Source: Chiloscyllium plagiosum (Eukaryota). Taken from it: a stretch of DNA of 64,000 nt. The notes beneath the pieces were generated by a model. That model was not told the origin of the DNA. It made no database searches and worked only from the letters and a program-made list of their open reading frames with translations. Each line of letters starts with the position of its first letter. The first letter of the stretch is position 1. Positions 50,420 through 63,535 of this stretch are shown in pieces. Location of the stretch: positions 111,112,024 to 111,176,023 of the forward strand of contig NC_057710.1 in NCBI RefSeq assembly GCF_004010195.1, in the 5' to 3' direction. Both the position numbers and the translations under genes were made by a program.

Positions 50420-50815
50420 AGTCGAGTTCAGAAGAGTGAAGGGTGATTTAATTGAAACATATGAGATCCTGAACCATTTTGACAAGGTGAATGTGGAAAT
50501 GATGTGTCCTCTTGCTGGTCAGTCCAGAATTAAGGGGGCACTGTTTTAAAATTAGGGCATGCCTTTTCAGGCCAGAAGTTAGGAGAATTTTCTTTCTCTC
50601 TGAGGACTGTGCAACTTTGAATCTCTCTGCCTCATAAGGCAGAGAAAGCAGGGTCAGTAATTATTTTTAAGACAGAGATAACAAGGGAATCGAATGTATC
50701 GGGCAGGGGGATGGGAATGGGATCTTCATAACACAAACAAATTAAGAGCAATCTGACTGAAGAGTGGAGTGGGCTTGAGCAGCCAAATGGTTCTACTTCT
50801 GCTCCTGTTTTATAT
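50420..50815 (+). mobile_element. CR1 LINE 3' fragment
   Basis: EFRRVKGDLIETYEILNHFDKV motif and the tail AAATGG.TCTACTTCTGCTCC. Confidence 0.8.
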
Positions 50816-51424
50816 CAACATATGCATGTAATTGGTGCACTGATCCTTGCAGAAAAAGAGATTGGGCTTAAAACACAAAGATAATTCTTTCAGTAAGGCA
50901 ATAATTGCCTGATCCAGCCAATGGCACTGTTTCCTGACATTTGAATTAACTTGGTGAGGAAAAGATGTGACCAGAGAAGTATTTTGGAGAATGAAAACAT
51001 ACATAATTGAATAGCATTGATTTCTTAATTAATATTTAGAAATAGTAATCTAAAGTTCTGTAATTAGTGATGATAGAACAACACTTGCTATTCATTAGCC
51101 TTACTGCTGCTCAGACATTTAATGTGCTTTTATTCAGTACCTTTTAGTATTAGAAACCATTTCACATTTGCACCTGCTATCAGAAATCTCTGACAGGTCC
51201 TGCAACACGTGTCTTTTTAAATAATCAGACTGAAGACCCTTCATTAAGCCACACAAAGTTTTAACCAGGAAGTATAAATTGGAATATCTAATTCATTGTA
51301 AAATCAAGCACAGAAAATGAAAGAAGAAGACAGTAAACAAAACAAAATTAAGAGAGAAGGGAAGAAGAGGCAGGAAGTAAAAGTTTAAAATAAAATTAAA
51401 ACCTGCAGTAATCATTTCATACTT

Positions 51425-51522
51425 GGAGAAAGTGAAGACTGCCTGATGAAGGGCTTATGCCTGAAATGTCGATTCTCCTGCTCTTTGGATGCTGCCTGGC
51501 CTGCTGTGCTTTTCCAGCATCT
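51425..51522 (+). mobile_element. Penelope-like family C mini-insert with a complete but CpG-decayed hammerhead motif
   Basis: GGAGAAAGTGAAGACTGC (inverse of the element's extreme end) is joined to c-CTGATGA-a-GGGC-ttat-GCCT-GAAA-TG-TC-g. Possible 7-bp TSD ATACTTG at 51419-51425 and 51529-51535. Confidence 0.8.
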
Positions 51523-53291
51523 AACGTTATACTTGTAAAGATACATTTTCACCATCAGAGAGATTGTTTGACAGTAATCAAATCTTAATGCACAAGCTAT
51601 TCTTTCTTAGTGTAATTGGGTGGGTTAATTTAGTGCAACTGACGCTCTTAAAAGAGTTTCAATTTCAGTCTCCTGATGCATATCAGTATAGTGAACAGCA
51701 AGGTAACTTGATTTGTAACTTCTTTATTTCTATAGATACTAGACATATGGTCCAATTTAGTCCAAACCAATAGTTGACACTGTTCATCTCAACAATATTC
51801 TTAAATTCAGACCAACAGTGGAGTTAGTCTCAAGGTCTAATGTAACCCCTGGGGAAAGATGCTAGTTGGTGAAATAGTTACTGCTGATGCTGAGTAGATA
51901 TGAGCTCCTGGAAGCACTATCACCAAAGCACTGTGGAATGAGTAATCATTGATGAATGTGGTCTTTTCCCTCAAAGCACAAATTTTACTTTCCAAATGGC
52001 AAGAGATGTAAATACCTGAGTACATTTCTGCAACAGAAATGTAGTTGACATGATGATACTTGTCGCTTTACGATTAGGATGCCCTTTAGCACCTTGATAG
52101 GTGGTCTGCTAGTGTCTGCATGGAACACTGCAGCAATTGTCTGTAATGTTTGTTTGATACAATAGTTTACAATACAAGCTGGGTTAGTTACATTGTTTTA
52201 AGGGCATTGCTGCCAAAAACAGCATGTAGCTGGCAGAGTGGCAAGTATCCACTTTAATGTGGATATTTTAACTCCTTGATAATTCTCCATGTAATCGGTT
52301 CTGGTGGATTACCTCAAAAGCTCATTACTGTTCAATTTTGTATATGTTAAAGCTTTGCGCAGAAACAAAGTTAAAACTTTACCTTAACAAAGTAATGAAG
52401 TGATTATATTGAATATGAACCTAGAACTATAAGCACACCTCTAACCTCTGTTATTACAGAACACACATTGAAAAAATAAATACACAGAAAGAGCCACATA
52501 CTCAATGTAAGAATATTTCCTTTCTGTTATTATAGATCAGAGATTGTTCCACCATCATCTAAAGAATGAATGAGTCATTTCCAACAAGTGAACAAACTGT
52601 TAATGTATTTCAAAGAAGCCTTCTTCAATTTAGGCCTTTAATCCGGTTTAATTTTGAATCCCCATTAGGTCTGCAGTAAATTATATATGAGAAAACCTGC
52701 GTGGACAAAAAGGTTCTCCTCTTGGCTCATTAAGCTCTTGCTAACATTTTCAGACACAGCAGTGAACTAACATGGCCTGAGTTGCAGATTCTGAGGGGAA
52801 GAGAGAGAGAAAAGTATTTTGGCTGAAATTAAATGCTTTCTTGTGAAGTGGCAACAGTCATACAATATTGATTATCTCCAGTGTAGCTGCATACATCCAG
52901 TCCACAAAATAATTGATTAGTCTGAGTTTATTTAAGGTTATCGAAACAAGTCAAGATCACCTTATGTTGCTTTTGATACAGTATATCCATTCTATATTTC
53001 TGCAGGTCATCTTGTGAAGACAGAGAAGGGTAAGATTGTAGTGGAGTGTTTACAGTGAAACTGGACTTGGAGATTAATGATCAATTGAAGTAAAAATTCA
53101 AAGTTCAGAATTGTGCAAATCAACTGTGCAAAATCAAAAGATAATTAAACCTGAAACTATTACTATTGTATTCCCCTGAAATACAAAGAGTTTATGCACA
53201 ATACAACAGTAAATTGAGGTATATATCCCAGTAAATTGGGGTATATATTGTATCCTTCCTTTTATCATTGCACTGTTTACAATAATCAATT

Positions 53292-53556
53292 CCCGAGTTC
53301 AATTCCCGCCTCAGGCGACTGACTGTGTGGAGTTTGCACGTTCTCCCTGTGTCTGCGTGGGTTTCCTCCGGGTGCTCTGGTTTCCTCCCACAGTCCAAAG
53401 ATATGCAGGTTAGGTGAATTGGCCATGTTAAATTGCCCGTAGTGTTAGGTAAGGGGTAAATGTAGGGGTATTGGTGGGTTGCGCTTCGGCGGGGCGGTGT
53501 GGACTTGTTGGGCCGAAGGGCCTGTTTCCACACTGTAAGTAATCTAATCTAATCTA
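53292..53556 (+). mobile_element. Young HE1-like SINE, truncated just before box B
   Basis: Starts CCCGAGTTCAATTCCCG and ends in a (TAATC)n tail. Confidence 0.92.
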
Positions 53557-53930
53557 AAAAAAAACGCAGTTAATCACAAAAAAAAGAGTAATGATCAAAC
53601 AAACCTATTAACACAGAGTACTGAAATACTTAAGGCTCCAGTTTAATTAAAGGAGGAAGTAAGAATGTTAACATCTTTGTCATTGGGATCCAGACTTGTA
53701 TTATCAACATTCATTGATACATATACTCTGAAATTCAGGAATTTCCACACTTGCTGGGTTTTAATTGTGGATAGACTTCAGAGTTTTGTCTGAACAATCT
53801 CCATAGGGAGCAGTGCATTAAACTCACTGGTGTTTTCTTCTGTCTATTAAGGCTTTATATTGGGAACATGACCTCAAAGTAAAGAAGCTCTACAATTTCC
53901 CTGACACCAGTAGCACTTCCCAATTTCTCA

Positions 53931-53976
53931 AAGTTTCAACTTTGATCTCCAGCATCTGCAGACCTCACTTTCTCCT
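53931..53976 (+). mobile_element. 46-bp extreme 3' end of PLE family C with 25-bp TSD
   Basis: TGATCTCCAGCATCTGCAGACCTCACTTTCTCC matches 21459-21491. Exact flanking repeat ACCAGTAGCACTTCCCAATTTCTCA at 53906-53930 and 53977-54001. Confidence 0.88.
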
Positions 53977-54176
53977 ACCAGTAGCACTTCCCAATTTCTC
54001 ATGAAAACATCTGCAATTTTTGAAATTGTTCTAGATTCCAACTGCATTGTGGTCATCAGTTTGGAATCCATCGTACATTGTAGAGTGGAGGACTGTTTTC
54101 AACAAGACATCTTGATTTCTCACCTCTTTGGGAAATGTTATCTTTCTTCTACCCCTCACCTTCCTGATCCTTTTGT

Positions 54177-54600
54177 GTCAGTTGGTATCATTCTTGTCTT
54201 TGAATCACAAGGTTGTACCCTTTCGTCCCAGTCTACACACTGAGCACAAAGGCCGATATGTATGCAACCTGGTCAGAGGGATTGTATTTCAGGTGCAGCA
54301 TTAAACCCAGGCTTCATCAGCACTTTCAGTTAAGTCTAACAGATTTCATAGCACTATTTTAAAGAAAAGCTGGAGGGTTACCCTTTGTATCCTGGTTAAT
54401 ATTTATCTCTCAATTAACAATATATAAACAGATTATATGATTATTATCATATTGCAATTGGGGGGACATTTATTTTGAGCAAATTGGTTGCAATGTTTCC
54501 TTCATTACAAAACCAGTCACTACACAGGAAACATCATTGCCTGTAAAATCCTTTGGAACTTTGTGTGGCTATTAATGGTGCTATATAAATACAAGTTCAC
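54177..54600 (+). mobile_element. Near full-length Deu-domain-type SINE (SacSINE1/AmnSINE1-like), old
   Basis: tRNA-like head CAGTTGGTA..; core CATAGCACTATTTTAAAGAAAAGC..TCCTGGTTAATATTTATCTCTCAA..ACAGATTAT; tail GGTGCTATATAAATACAAGT. Confidence 0.75.
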
Positions 54601-56809
54601 CTTTTTTTGACTTTCTTCTTAAAGCATTGACTTAGGAGTATGTTTCCGAAGGAAATGGCCATCATGTTGTTCTCCACCCATGTGGCCATTAGTCATGTTT
54701 GAATGCTATTCACAAGTTTGCACACTATGAGGCCAGATGGATGGGCGGTGTTGGGGGAGGGGTTGGGGAGGAAGTAACACCTGAGCCTAATCCTCTCCTC
54801 ATCCCATACCCACCCAGATCCACACATCCAGCAGCTACCTCTTTGTGATTAGATGTAGGGGCCCTAATCAATTCTCCCTTCCTCTGACCTTCTCAGCCAA
54901 GTCTGCACAGAATCAGGATCAAACACAGGTCAACCACTATGTCTAGTTCAGCTACACGGTAAACTTACTGAGCTCTCAGGCGACACGATAACCATTTTAA
55001 TCACTGCTCATCATTTTAACGTGACATATAGCCCACAGAAAACTAATTTAGGTTTTGGGAAATTAAATACTTTTAAAGCCTTGCTTTTTCTTCCCCTTTG
55101 ATAGTTAAAGAAGTAATATTACAAGATATTTTCAGTCCATTTAGATCACAGTGCACAGTATGACAATACCTGAGAACATGAAACCAATAGACTCTGATGC
55201 AGACCCCTCCAAATAATCACATAAATCAACTCAATCAAGATATCAACTTTAAAATAACGGAAGGCTTTTCAAATCCCATTCAGAAAACTGGTTTTCTGCT
55301 ATTTAAGAGACTACATTTAGCTTTTCTATTTTTCTGGACTTGGTAAATTATTGAAATGAAATACTCAATTTGAATTGCATGATACCGTTATTCAATCAGA
55401 TGCACACCTTGTGAAATGTTTCTCTGTCAGTCAACCCAGCTCGGCTGCTCTCTAATTTTACTGCAAGATTTTCCATTTAAATCTAATCAGTGAGGATTGA
55501 ACTCATTGTGTGATGGTTAACAGGCCTTTGGGTATAATGATTGTATGTAAATTGCATTTGCAGTAATTACCAAATTTGCAAATGAAAACAACTCATCTGT
55601 AAAGCCCCTGTGAAGATTCATGCACTTTGTAGTATATTCTGGTCACTGGTAAAACTGGAGAAGAAAATTCAAACTAGCCAGGAATGGATTTGAAATCTAC
55701 ATTATTGCATTTGTTTAGCTTTAGAACCAATCCCAATAAAAATCCAAAGTAACATCACTTCTTGAGATGTACAAGCTGTGTGATATTACTTGATAAATTG
55801 ACAGTGCCTAGAACAGAGATACTCCATCGGGAATAAATGAGCTGTGTTTTACTGAAAGACTTGACAGAAATCTACCACATTATTAAAGCTTGCTGGATTT
55901 TTCAATTACAGGGTGACATTTGCTCATAACATTTCAAAGCTCTAAAACAATATATCTTGCATGATATTCTTATCACAGTCTGGGTAAAACCACTTTGGTG
56001 TGTTTCAGAATTTAAATTTACAGACACCAAAGTCATTTGAAAGAGTCTCTCACCCATATATTAGAGTAGATTTTTGATATTACTGTTGATGTATTAATTT
56101 AATGTTGATGGTGTAATACCATGAACTCTGAGGAACCTTTATGTTTAGTAGAAGAAGATGGTACAAAACACGGAATTCTCTGTTCATGCAAGTCATTAAA
56201 ACAGCATGAGATTTATCAAAGTGCGGTGTTCCATAAATTTCACTGATTCTTGCATATTGCACAGTTTGATATCCCATACCTCAATTTTGATTTTGAAGCG
56301 CTGCAGGCCTTGAAAATGCTACAATCCAAAGGGACCTGAGCAATAAGAAATCGGCTGAGCGAATTATCAAGCAGACAGCTGTTGCACCTCTTAATGAGAG
56401 AGTAGGTTCTAAAATCATCCGTTAGCTCCCATTTTGAAAGAGATCTAAGTCACATCACTTCCTTTAGGGAATTTAACACTCAAACCCCATATCCAAAACA
56501 ATTCCAGTCAATTACTCTTGCATTTCCTATTTCATTCTTCAAATTATCATAATTAATTACAGCACATATAGGCCAACGTGCTGAGTCAGCACTAAGAACA
56601 GTAGAAAACTCCTTTGAGCTTGAAGTACCATGTGTGGGCATCTTATCTTAGGCACAAGAACACTGAAAATGCCTTGAGCAGAAATGAATCCTTTCTTCAA
56701 TGGAATGTGATAATCTTTGATTCAAATGGGCATACGTTACATCAACGGCATGATGGTAGCACATGCCTATCCATGTGGTTAAAGATGAGGTTGTACTAGA
56801 GAAAGCTTT

Positions 56810-57335
56810 TAGAGTCATAGAGATGTACAACACAGAAACAGACCCTTCAGTCCAACTCGTCCATGTCAACCAGATATCCTAAATTACTCTAGTCCCATTT
56901 GCCAACATTTAACCCACATTCCTCGAAGCCTTCCTATTCATATACCCGTCCAGATGCCTTTTAAATGTTGCAATTGTACCAGCCTCCACCACTTCTGCTG
57001 GCAGCTCATTCCATACACCCACCACCACCTATGAAAACGTTGCCCCTTAGATCACTTTTAAACTTTTCTGTCTCATCCTCAACCTAGGCCCTCCAGTTCT
57101 GGGTGCTCACATCCCAGGGAAAAGATCTTGTCTATTTACCCTATCCATGCCCCTCATGATTTTACAGACCTCTATAAGGTCTCTCCTCAGCCTCAGACGC
57201 TCTAGGGAAAACTGTCACAGCCTATTCAGCTTCTCCCCAGCACTCAAAACCTCTAACCCTGGCAACATCCTTGTAAATCTTTTCTGAACCCTTTCAAAAC
57301 ATCCTTCCTATAGGAGGGAGACTAGAATTGCACAC
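56810..57335 (-). mobile_element. CR1 LINE 3' fragment
   Basis: Reverse complement of the family at 4120-4632; begins TAGAGTCATAGAG. Confidence 0.92.
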
Positions 57336-58739
57336 AATTATTCCATCACACTTGTTTAGAGGCCACCCCTCCTCTCAACATCCACAAATCCTTCACAACA
57401 AGAGGACAAACAGCCGACACAAGTTTCTGCTGAGGTATTCATAAATGCAACTCAGTTATTTTACATCAGGAAACAACATAGAGCCATAGGATTTTCTTGT
57501 GAAGCATAATAAAATAGTTGAAAAACACAATCTTATTAGTGTGCTATTACAATCTCTGGGTTAGAGTCTCTATCTCTTTAAACATGCCACATCCTGTTGT
57601 TGAACTAAAGGATTTGCCTATTCCTTCTGAGTATGTGTGAAATAGTTTCCAGCCGTTAAGTGCAAGGAGACACTCCCCTAGATTAAGTAGGCTCCAGGGT
57701 GCATCCACACCTCTGACTATTCGACTTGGCACAAGTCAAATGAATTGACAAATTTACTATTTTGGATTTCATGGAGCTTTCGAATGCGATCAAAAAAGGC
57801 TGTGATATGTAATGGTAGCACATTGCCATCATAAAAATCAGGCAAATGTCTAGTACACCAATGAAAGTTGTTTTTTGCAGGTAATCTACAATTGCTGATT
57901 GAATAATGCTTGTATTAGGCACAATTCTTGCACTAGTGAATATTAGCGGACATTTCCTGGGCTCCCTCTGAAGCACTCCATCTTAAACTAAAGAAAGCAA
58001 TGAAATAAATGCTTTTAAAATATTTCTCCAGTTCTGGGAAATTATCAGTAATTAAGATAATTCAAAGGACATAATTTAAGGATACTGATAGTTAATACTG
58101 AAGATAACTCACAGGCTGCTTTCTTTGATATTTTAATCACGTATCTTTCTAATAATTACTTAAATTACCCAAAGAATGACATTTCAAATGCAGTTACACA
58201 GATGATACATATGGAAACAAGTCCCCAACCTGCAATTGAAGATCCTGTTATATTTAGAGAACACTTTGCAAATATGACTTCAGCTAGGCCTGAGGGACAA
58301 AATGGCTCAGGATTTGATCCATTTTTCCTGAGAGCTGGATATCGAATCACACATTCTGCCTCTGATTTTGTTTTGTTTTAAAAAAGCCTATCTTCACTTT
58401 ATTTTCTAGCACTATTATTAAATTATCCCCAAGCTTCAGGCAGGCTTGTATGAAACTGCAGATAACTCTGTAACCATTCAGAGCTCATAAACATCATTAG
58501 AATTTCATTACATTTTCCATCACGCACCTGAAGTTAGCTAAGCTGTGAAGTAAAAGATCAGAGAATGGAAATTTCAGTTCCATTCCTTGTAACAGTATGC
58601 CTTCAAGACTTTATTTAGTTTTGTATTAGCACTGTAACTGTTTAGCAATGCGACATCAGGACTCTGTTATCCCCCAAGACAGGTAATGTCTCCTCATTAG
58701 ATTTGGGAGTCAGGTTTGACAAAACATCATGTTAACAAT

Positions 58740-58950
58740 GATGATTGAAAATGATGGAGTAAATATTTGCAAGAGAGTTTGTGCTCTTCTTTAAGTTAGT
58801 GCTATGATATCTTTTAAACCCGTAAGAGAGAGAAATGAAAGTCTCAATTTACCATCTCCTCTGATAGGCAACACTTTGAAAGTTCAGCATTCTCTGGAGT
58901 CGGACAATAAAACCACAATCTTGTGACTCAAATCTGGTAGTGTTATCGAA
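58740..58950 (-). mobile_element. Deu-domain-type SINE relic
   Basis: TAAATATTTGC..TGCTCTTCTTTAAGTTAGTGCTATGATATCTTTTA..CCACAATCTTGTGACTCA is the inverse of the core and head at 54177-54410. Confidence 0.55.
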
Positions 58951-58954
58951 AGGC

Positions 58955-59646
58955 CAAAATTGGAGGTGTAGTGGACAGCAAACAGGGTTACCTCAGATTA
59001 TAACAGGATCTGGACCAGATGGGCCAATGGGCTGAGAAGTGGTAGATGGAGTTTAATTCAGATAAATGCGAGGTGCTGCATTTTGGGAAAACAAATCTTA
59101 GCTGGACTTAAACACTTAATGGTAAGGTCCTTGGGAGTTTTGCTGAACAAAGAGACTTTGGAGTGCAGGTTCATAGCTCCTTGAAAGTGGAATTGCAGGT
59201 AGATAGGATAGTGAGAATGCGTTTGGTATGCTTTCCTTTATTGGTCAGACTATTGAGTACAGGGGTTGGGAGGTCATGTTGCAGCTGTCCAGGACATTGG
59301 TTAGGCCACTGTAGGAATATTGCGTGCAATTCTGGTCTCCTTCCTATCGGAAAGATGTTGTGAAACTTGAAAAGGTTCAGAAAAGATTTACAAGGATGTT
59401 GCCAGGATTGGAGGATCTGAGCTATAAGGGGCAACTTTTTTACGCAGAGGGTGGTATGTGTATGGAATGAGCTGCCAGAAGAAATGGTAGAGGCTGGTAC
59501 AATTGCAATATTTAAGAGGCATTTGGATGGGTATATGAATAGGAAGGGTTTGGAGGGATATGGGCTGGGTGCTGGCAGGTGGGACTATATCTGGTCGGCA
59601 TGGACGGGTTGGACCAAAGGGTCTATTTCCATACTCTATGACTCTA
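58955..59646 (+). mobile_element. CR1 LINE 3' fragment with internal deletion near 59428
   Basis: Colinear with 3760-4225, then jumps to the equivalent of ~4417 (..GAGCTATA|AGGGGCAACTTTTT); tail CTCTATGACTCTA. Confidence 0.92.
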
Positions 59647-62600
59647 AATAATTCAATTCATTCTTCATTACAGACTACTCAAAAACATTTGAGTAAAAAA
59701 TGAATTTTATAATAGCATTTCTCTAAAATATTTGACTGTTAGGACGGCAGGTTTACAATAAAGGTAAAATAAATGTTAGTAAAAGGAAGCAGACAAGCAT
59801 TTCAAGGTGAAAGCTGAAGTAAGTAATCAAACTGCACTATGTTCATAAACCCAGTATATTTTGTACATGAAAGTCTACGCTAGAGGTTGCATTTTGACAC
59901 CCTGAAGAGTAGTTACTTTGAAGTGCTGTTGGATGTCAGTTCATATTCAGCCTTCATGAAGAAACAGCAACACTTATAATCCAGGTTGTGTTGTTTCCCA
60001 CTGTGTACTGCTGCACAGTTACAATCAAACCATTCTTTCCACATACATTCAATAATGCAATGTTTCTGCTATTTTTAACCATTATATTATCCAATAACAA
60101 GTGGCAACATTATGATCAGTGGACCTTGAGAAACTTGCAGCTACACTGAGGCTGAATGCATACTGTACCACGACCTCAATCTTTGATGAAGCTCATTATG
60201 CCAATAAAATCAGAAACTTGAATGGTGCATTAGAAAATATTTATTGTCGTTACCTTATTTACATCATCAAGATAAACAAAAATCCACGGAGAATAAACTG
60301 AATGGGAAGAAAAACTCTGACCTTACCACCTGAAGTGTGTGAAGTTTTTTTTTCTCTCTTGTTTACCCCATCACATCAGCCAAATGTTTTGCACAAAACG
60401 TAACAAATTAACCTGAACTCCTAGGCCTCTTTGTTTTCCTTCTAATATTATCTGCTATTATTGTTCGTTCTTTGGGTAGAATTCCACTTGTCTAGTTACA
60501 TAAACTACAAATATGTTCCTAATACACAAATGCTCCACTGCTGCCAAGGTATTCATCCCTTGATAAGATTTTACGTATTTTGACAATCTCACCAAAATAT
60601 CGCTGCATTTCGGAACGGCAATGATTTGATATCAAATTAACATATTGCTCATGGTTACTAAAGGGAAATCATTCAAATTTGGATGTTCTGCAATGGTGCC
60701 GAACAATTCTTGAACTGCCTCAGTTACGTTCAGGATTAATTGCTTGAAAAGGAATCAGAAGAGAGGGATTATTCACCAGTTGGGACAAACAGTTGTTGCC
60801 AGGCTCCACAACTAGATAGCTGTATCTGCATCAGTAAGAATTAAGCTTACCTGTTTGTTTGGTGATCTGATTGGTATTGACCAAGCAATCAGGAACTTAG
60901 CATAAACCTATTATTCACTACAGAAATAAACCTTAACAAAATAGATAAATTGATCACTAATCATAGAATTATCTAAGTTACAATTAAAAAGTAGGTCTTT
61001 CAGACCTACAATGTTATTCTGTCCTAACTGGGACTGTTTCCTTTTTTTGAGATTTTTTTCATTTGATACTCTTCCACTTACAAATACTGATCCAACTCAT
61101 TTCTAAATAATGTCGTAATTGTTGCCTCAACATCAATTTGTGGTACAGGATTCATATTCTATGAGCTCCATGTGCCCATGAAATCTCCTAAGTCAAAGCT
61201 GCATTAATTGAGCAATATTCCTGAGTCAATGCTCTTTTGCTAATGGTTTGCCAACTAAGAGATTTTCACAATTTATAATGTCAAACATTTTAAGAAATTT
61301 AAAACTAAAACCTCCATTAGGTCACATTTAACAATGCTTAAGATGCATGGGACCAGTGTATGAATTTGTCCCCCAAAACCCAAGTCAACATGAGGTAAAA
61401 TAAGTCTAAAAGGTAAACTGTGCTGATTATAAACTATAAATTACAGATTAAACATTGAAATGGCTCAACAGTCGACTCCAAGGTTTTAGTCACAAAGTCC
61501 TTCAATACATTTTTGTCCTCATGAAGAATTTTGGCTGCTCTCCTTCTAGGATTCATAACTTGAGCCTCATCTGATTAAAAACCGAAACCAACCCTGGCTC
61601 CATCAACACAGTAATCACCAAAACTTTTTTAAAAAAGCACGTCTCCAAATCCTTTTCAATTCTGCTTACAATGGTCTAGATGGCACAAGTACACCTCTGT
61701 TATCTTCATGTAATAGAAACAACTGTATCAATTATATATTTGTTTATTCTCTGTCTAGCCTTCAACATTGAACTCATCATCACTTAGTGAACTCCAATGG
61801 CTCTGCCTACTTTTTTATGCTAACTAGAAGTTTTATTTTCCAATCCCAGTTTCAGCCTCAGTCTCCTTAGCAGCAGATAGGGTCAGTTTCCCTTTTCAAT
61901 TAGGATCTGTCTTAGAATATACAACAGCTTTACTCAAAGATTCCATCTAATACGCTTTTAGTTACATCTGTGCAGATTTGGCTATTTCAGGCCAAACATT
62001 AGAAGACTAATCAACCAGATGTATTTTTACAAAAGTCAACATTGTGGTAATGTGGTCGACATTACACTAGCTTTTTATTGCAGACTTTTATTGAAGTCAA
62101 GTATCACTATCTACCATAGTGGGATGTGAACCCACATCCTCAAAACATTAGCCTGCATTTTTGGATTTCCAGCCCAGCAAATTAGCAATATGTCACCATC
62201 TCCCAAAAATATGTTGGTTTAAATGCTACCGAGACTCAGTCACTTTGCAAAAGGGCAGCAAGAAATTGTACTATACTACAGTACACCACCTAGAATAATA
62301 CAGAGCACATATTCTCAGAACCAGAACATTACATGCTGTAGCACCAGGGAGAAAGTTTTAACCATTCAACTTAGGTGCAGAAATATTTCTTTAACACATA
62401 GTAAAAGGAATAATATTCAAAATAACTTTATTTATCTTGAGGGTTTGACATAATCTAACTTTTCCAAGCGTGGCAGTGTTTTGCCTCAGTGACTATAAAG
62501 CCCCTAGAGGGAAACAGTCTTTCCCACCAGTTAATGTAAATATTACTCTCAATCCCCTCAAGCTTGTAAAGTTTTGATGCCAAAAGCATTGTGGTGTAAC

Positions 62601-63442
62601 ATCCCATGAAACAGACTTTTTGCTTGGACTGCTGATACTGGGAAAAACACTAATGTTGACAGATCTAATCCTGTATTTCATAAGTTGCTTCTATCAAACA
62701 GCAATGGCTGTCTGTCGAACTGGTAACTAGACATTATCCAGATGGACACATCAGGAATGGTTCACCTTAGCCATTGCTAACAGAAGCTTTTCTTCCTGTC
62801 AGTTGACCAAGGTAATTGAAAAGTAACTAAACAATTTCATTGGACTTAACGTAAGTTAAGAATCTGGTCTGGTTCACATTCTACAACTCCACAAAGTTTC
62901 ATTGCAGCTTTAGAACAAACTAGCAGCTGGCTTTTCTGAGCTGAGTTTTTTGGAGTTGTTATATTAATTAGCAGTTATCATTAAATTGTTAGCTTTTACT
63001 TGGCAGAAAATCTTGAGACTAAATAATCAATTTAACTACACAGAGCAATATGTTTGTGGTCAGCAAGCTACGTCAAAATGTTTTAATTGAGTTATTCGGG
63101 ATATTTTTAAGGATCTTGGGAGGTTAAATTTAACACCATTGAATCCTTTTTATGAGCCTAAAATGGCCACATTAGCTGACTTAGCGACCCTTGATCAATC
63201 TGCAAAGTTGCACAAGCCACAGCTTTATTGCTATGGGCTTTTCATGAGTCAAAGACATGTCAAAGTTCATTGCAACCAATTAAATACTTGTGCAGCATGG
63301 TCACAGTTGCAATGTAGAAAACACATCAACTAATTTGCACACAGTAAACTTTCCCAAACAGCAATATCAAAAATATTATCAAAATAATCTTGTTTTTATA
63401 TATATTGATTGAAGGATAAATACCAGGATACCAGAGATAATA

Positions 63443-63535
63443 GGTCTTGGAGAATCTTGTGGCACTGTCCCTACTTCCAAGTCAGAAGGCAGAGGTTCAC
63501 GTCCAACCTACTCCAGAGGTATGTCATAACATCCA
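63443..63535 (+). mobile_element. Short tRNA-derived SINE (family of 24446-24951)
   Basis: TGTCCCTAC..GGTTCACGTCC.ACCTACTCCAGAGGTATGTCATAACATC. Confidence 0.6.

Noticed and set aside
60851-60917. Strong minus-strand donor CAG|GTAAGC
   Set aside because: The acceptor with a pyrimidine tract gives stops in all frames; the in-frame acceptor is poor.
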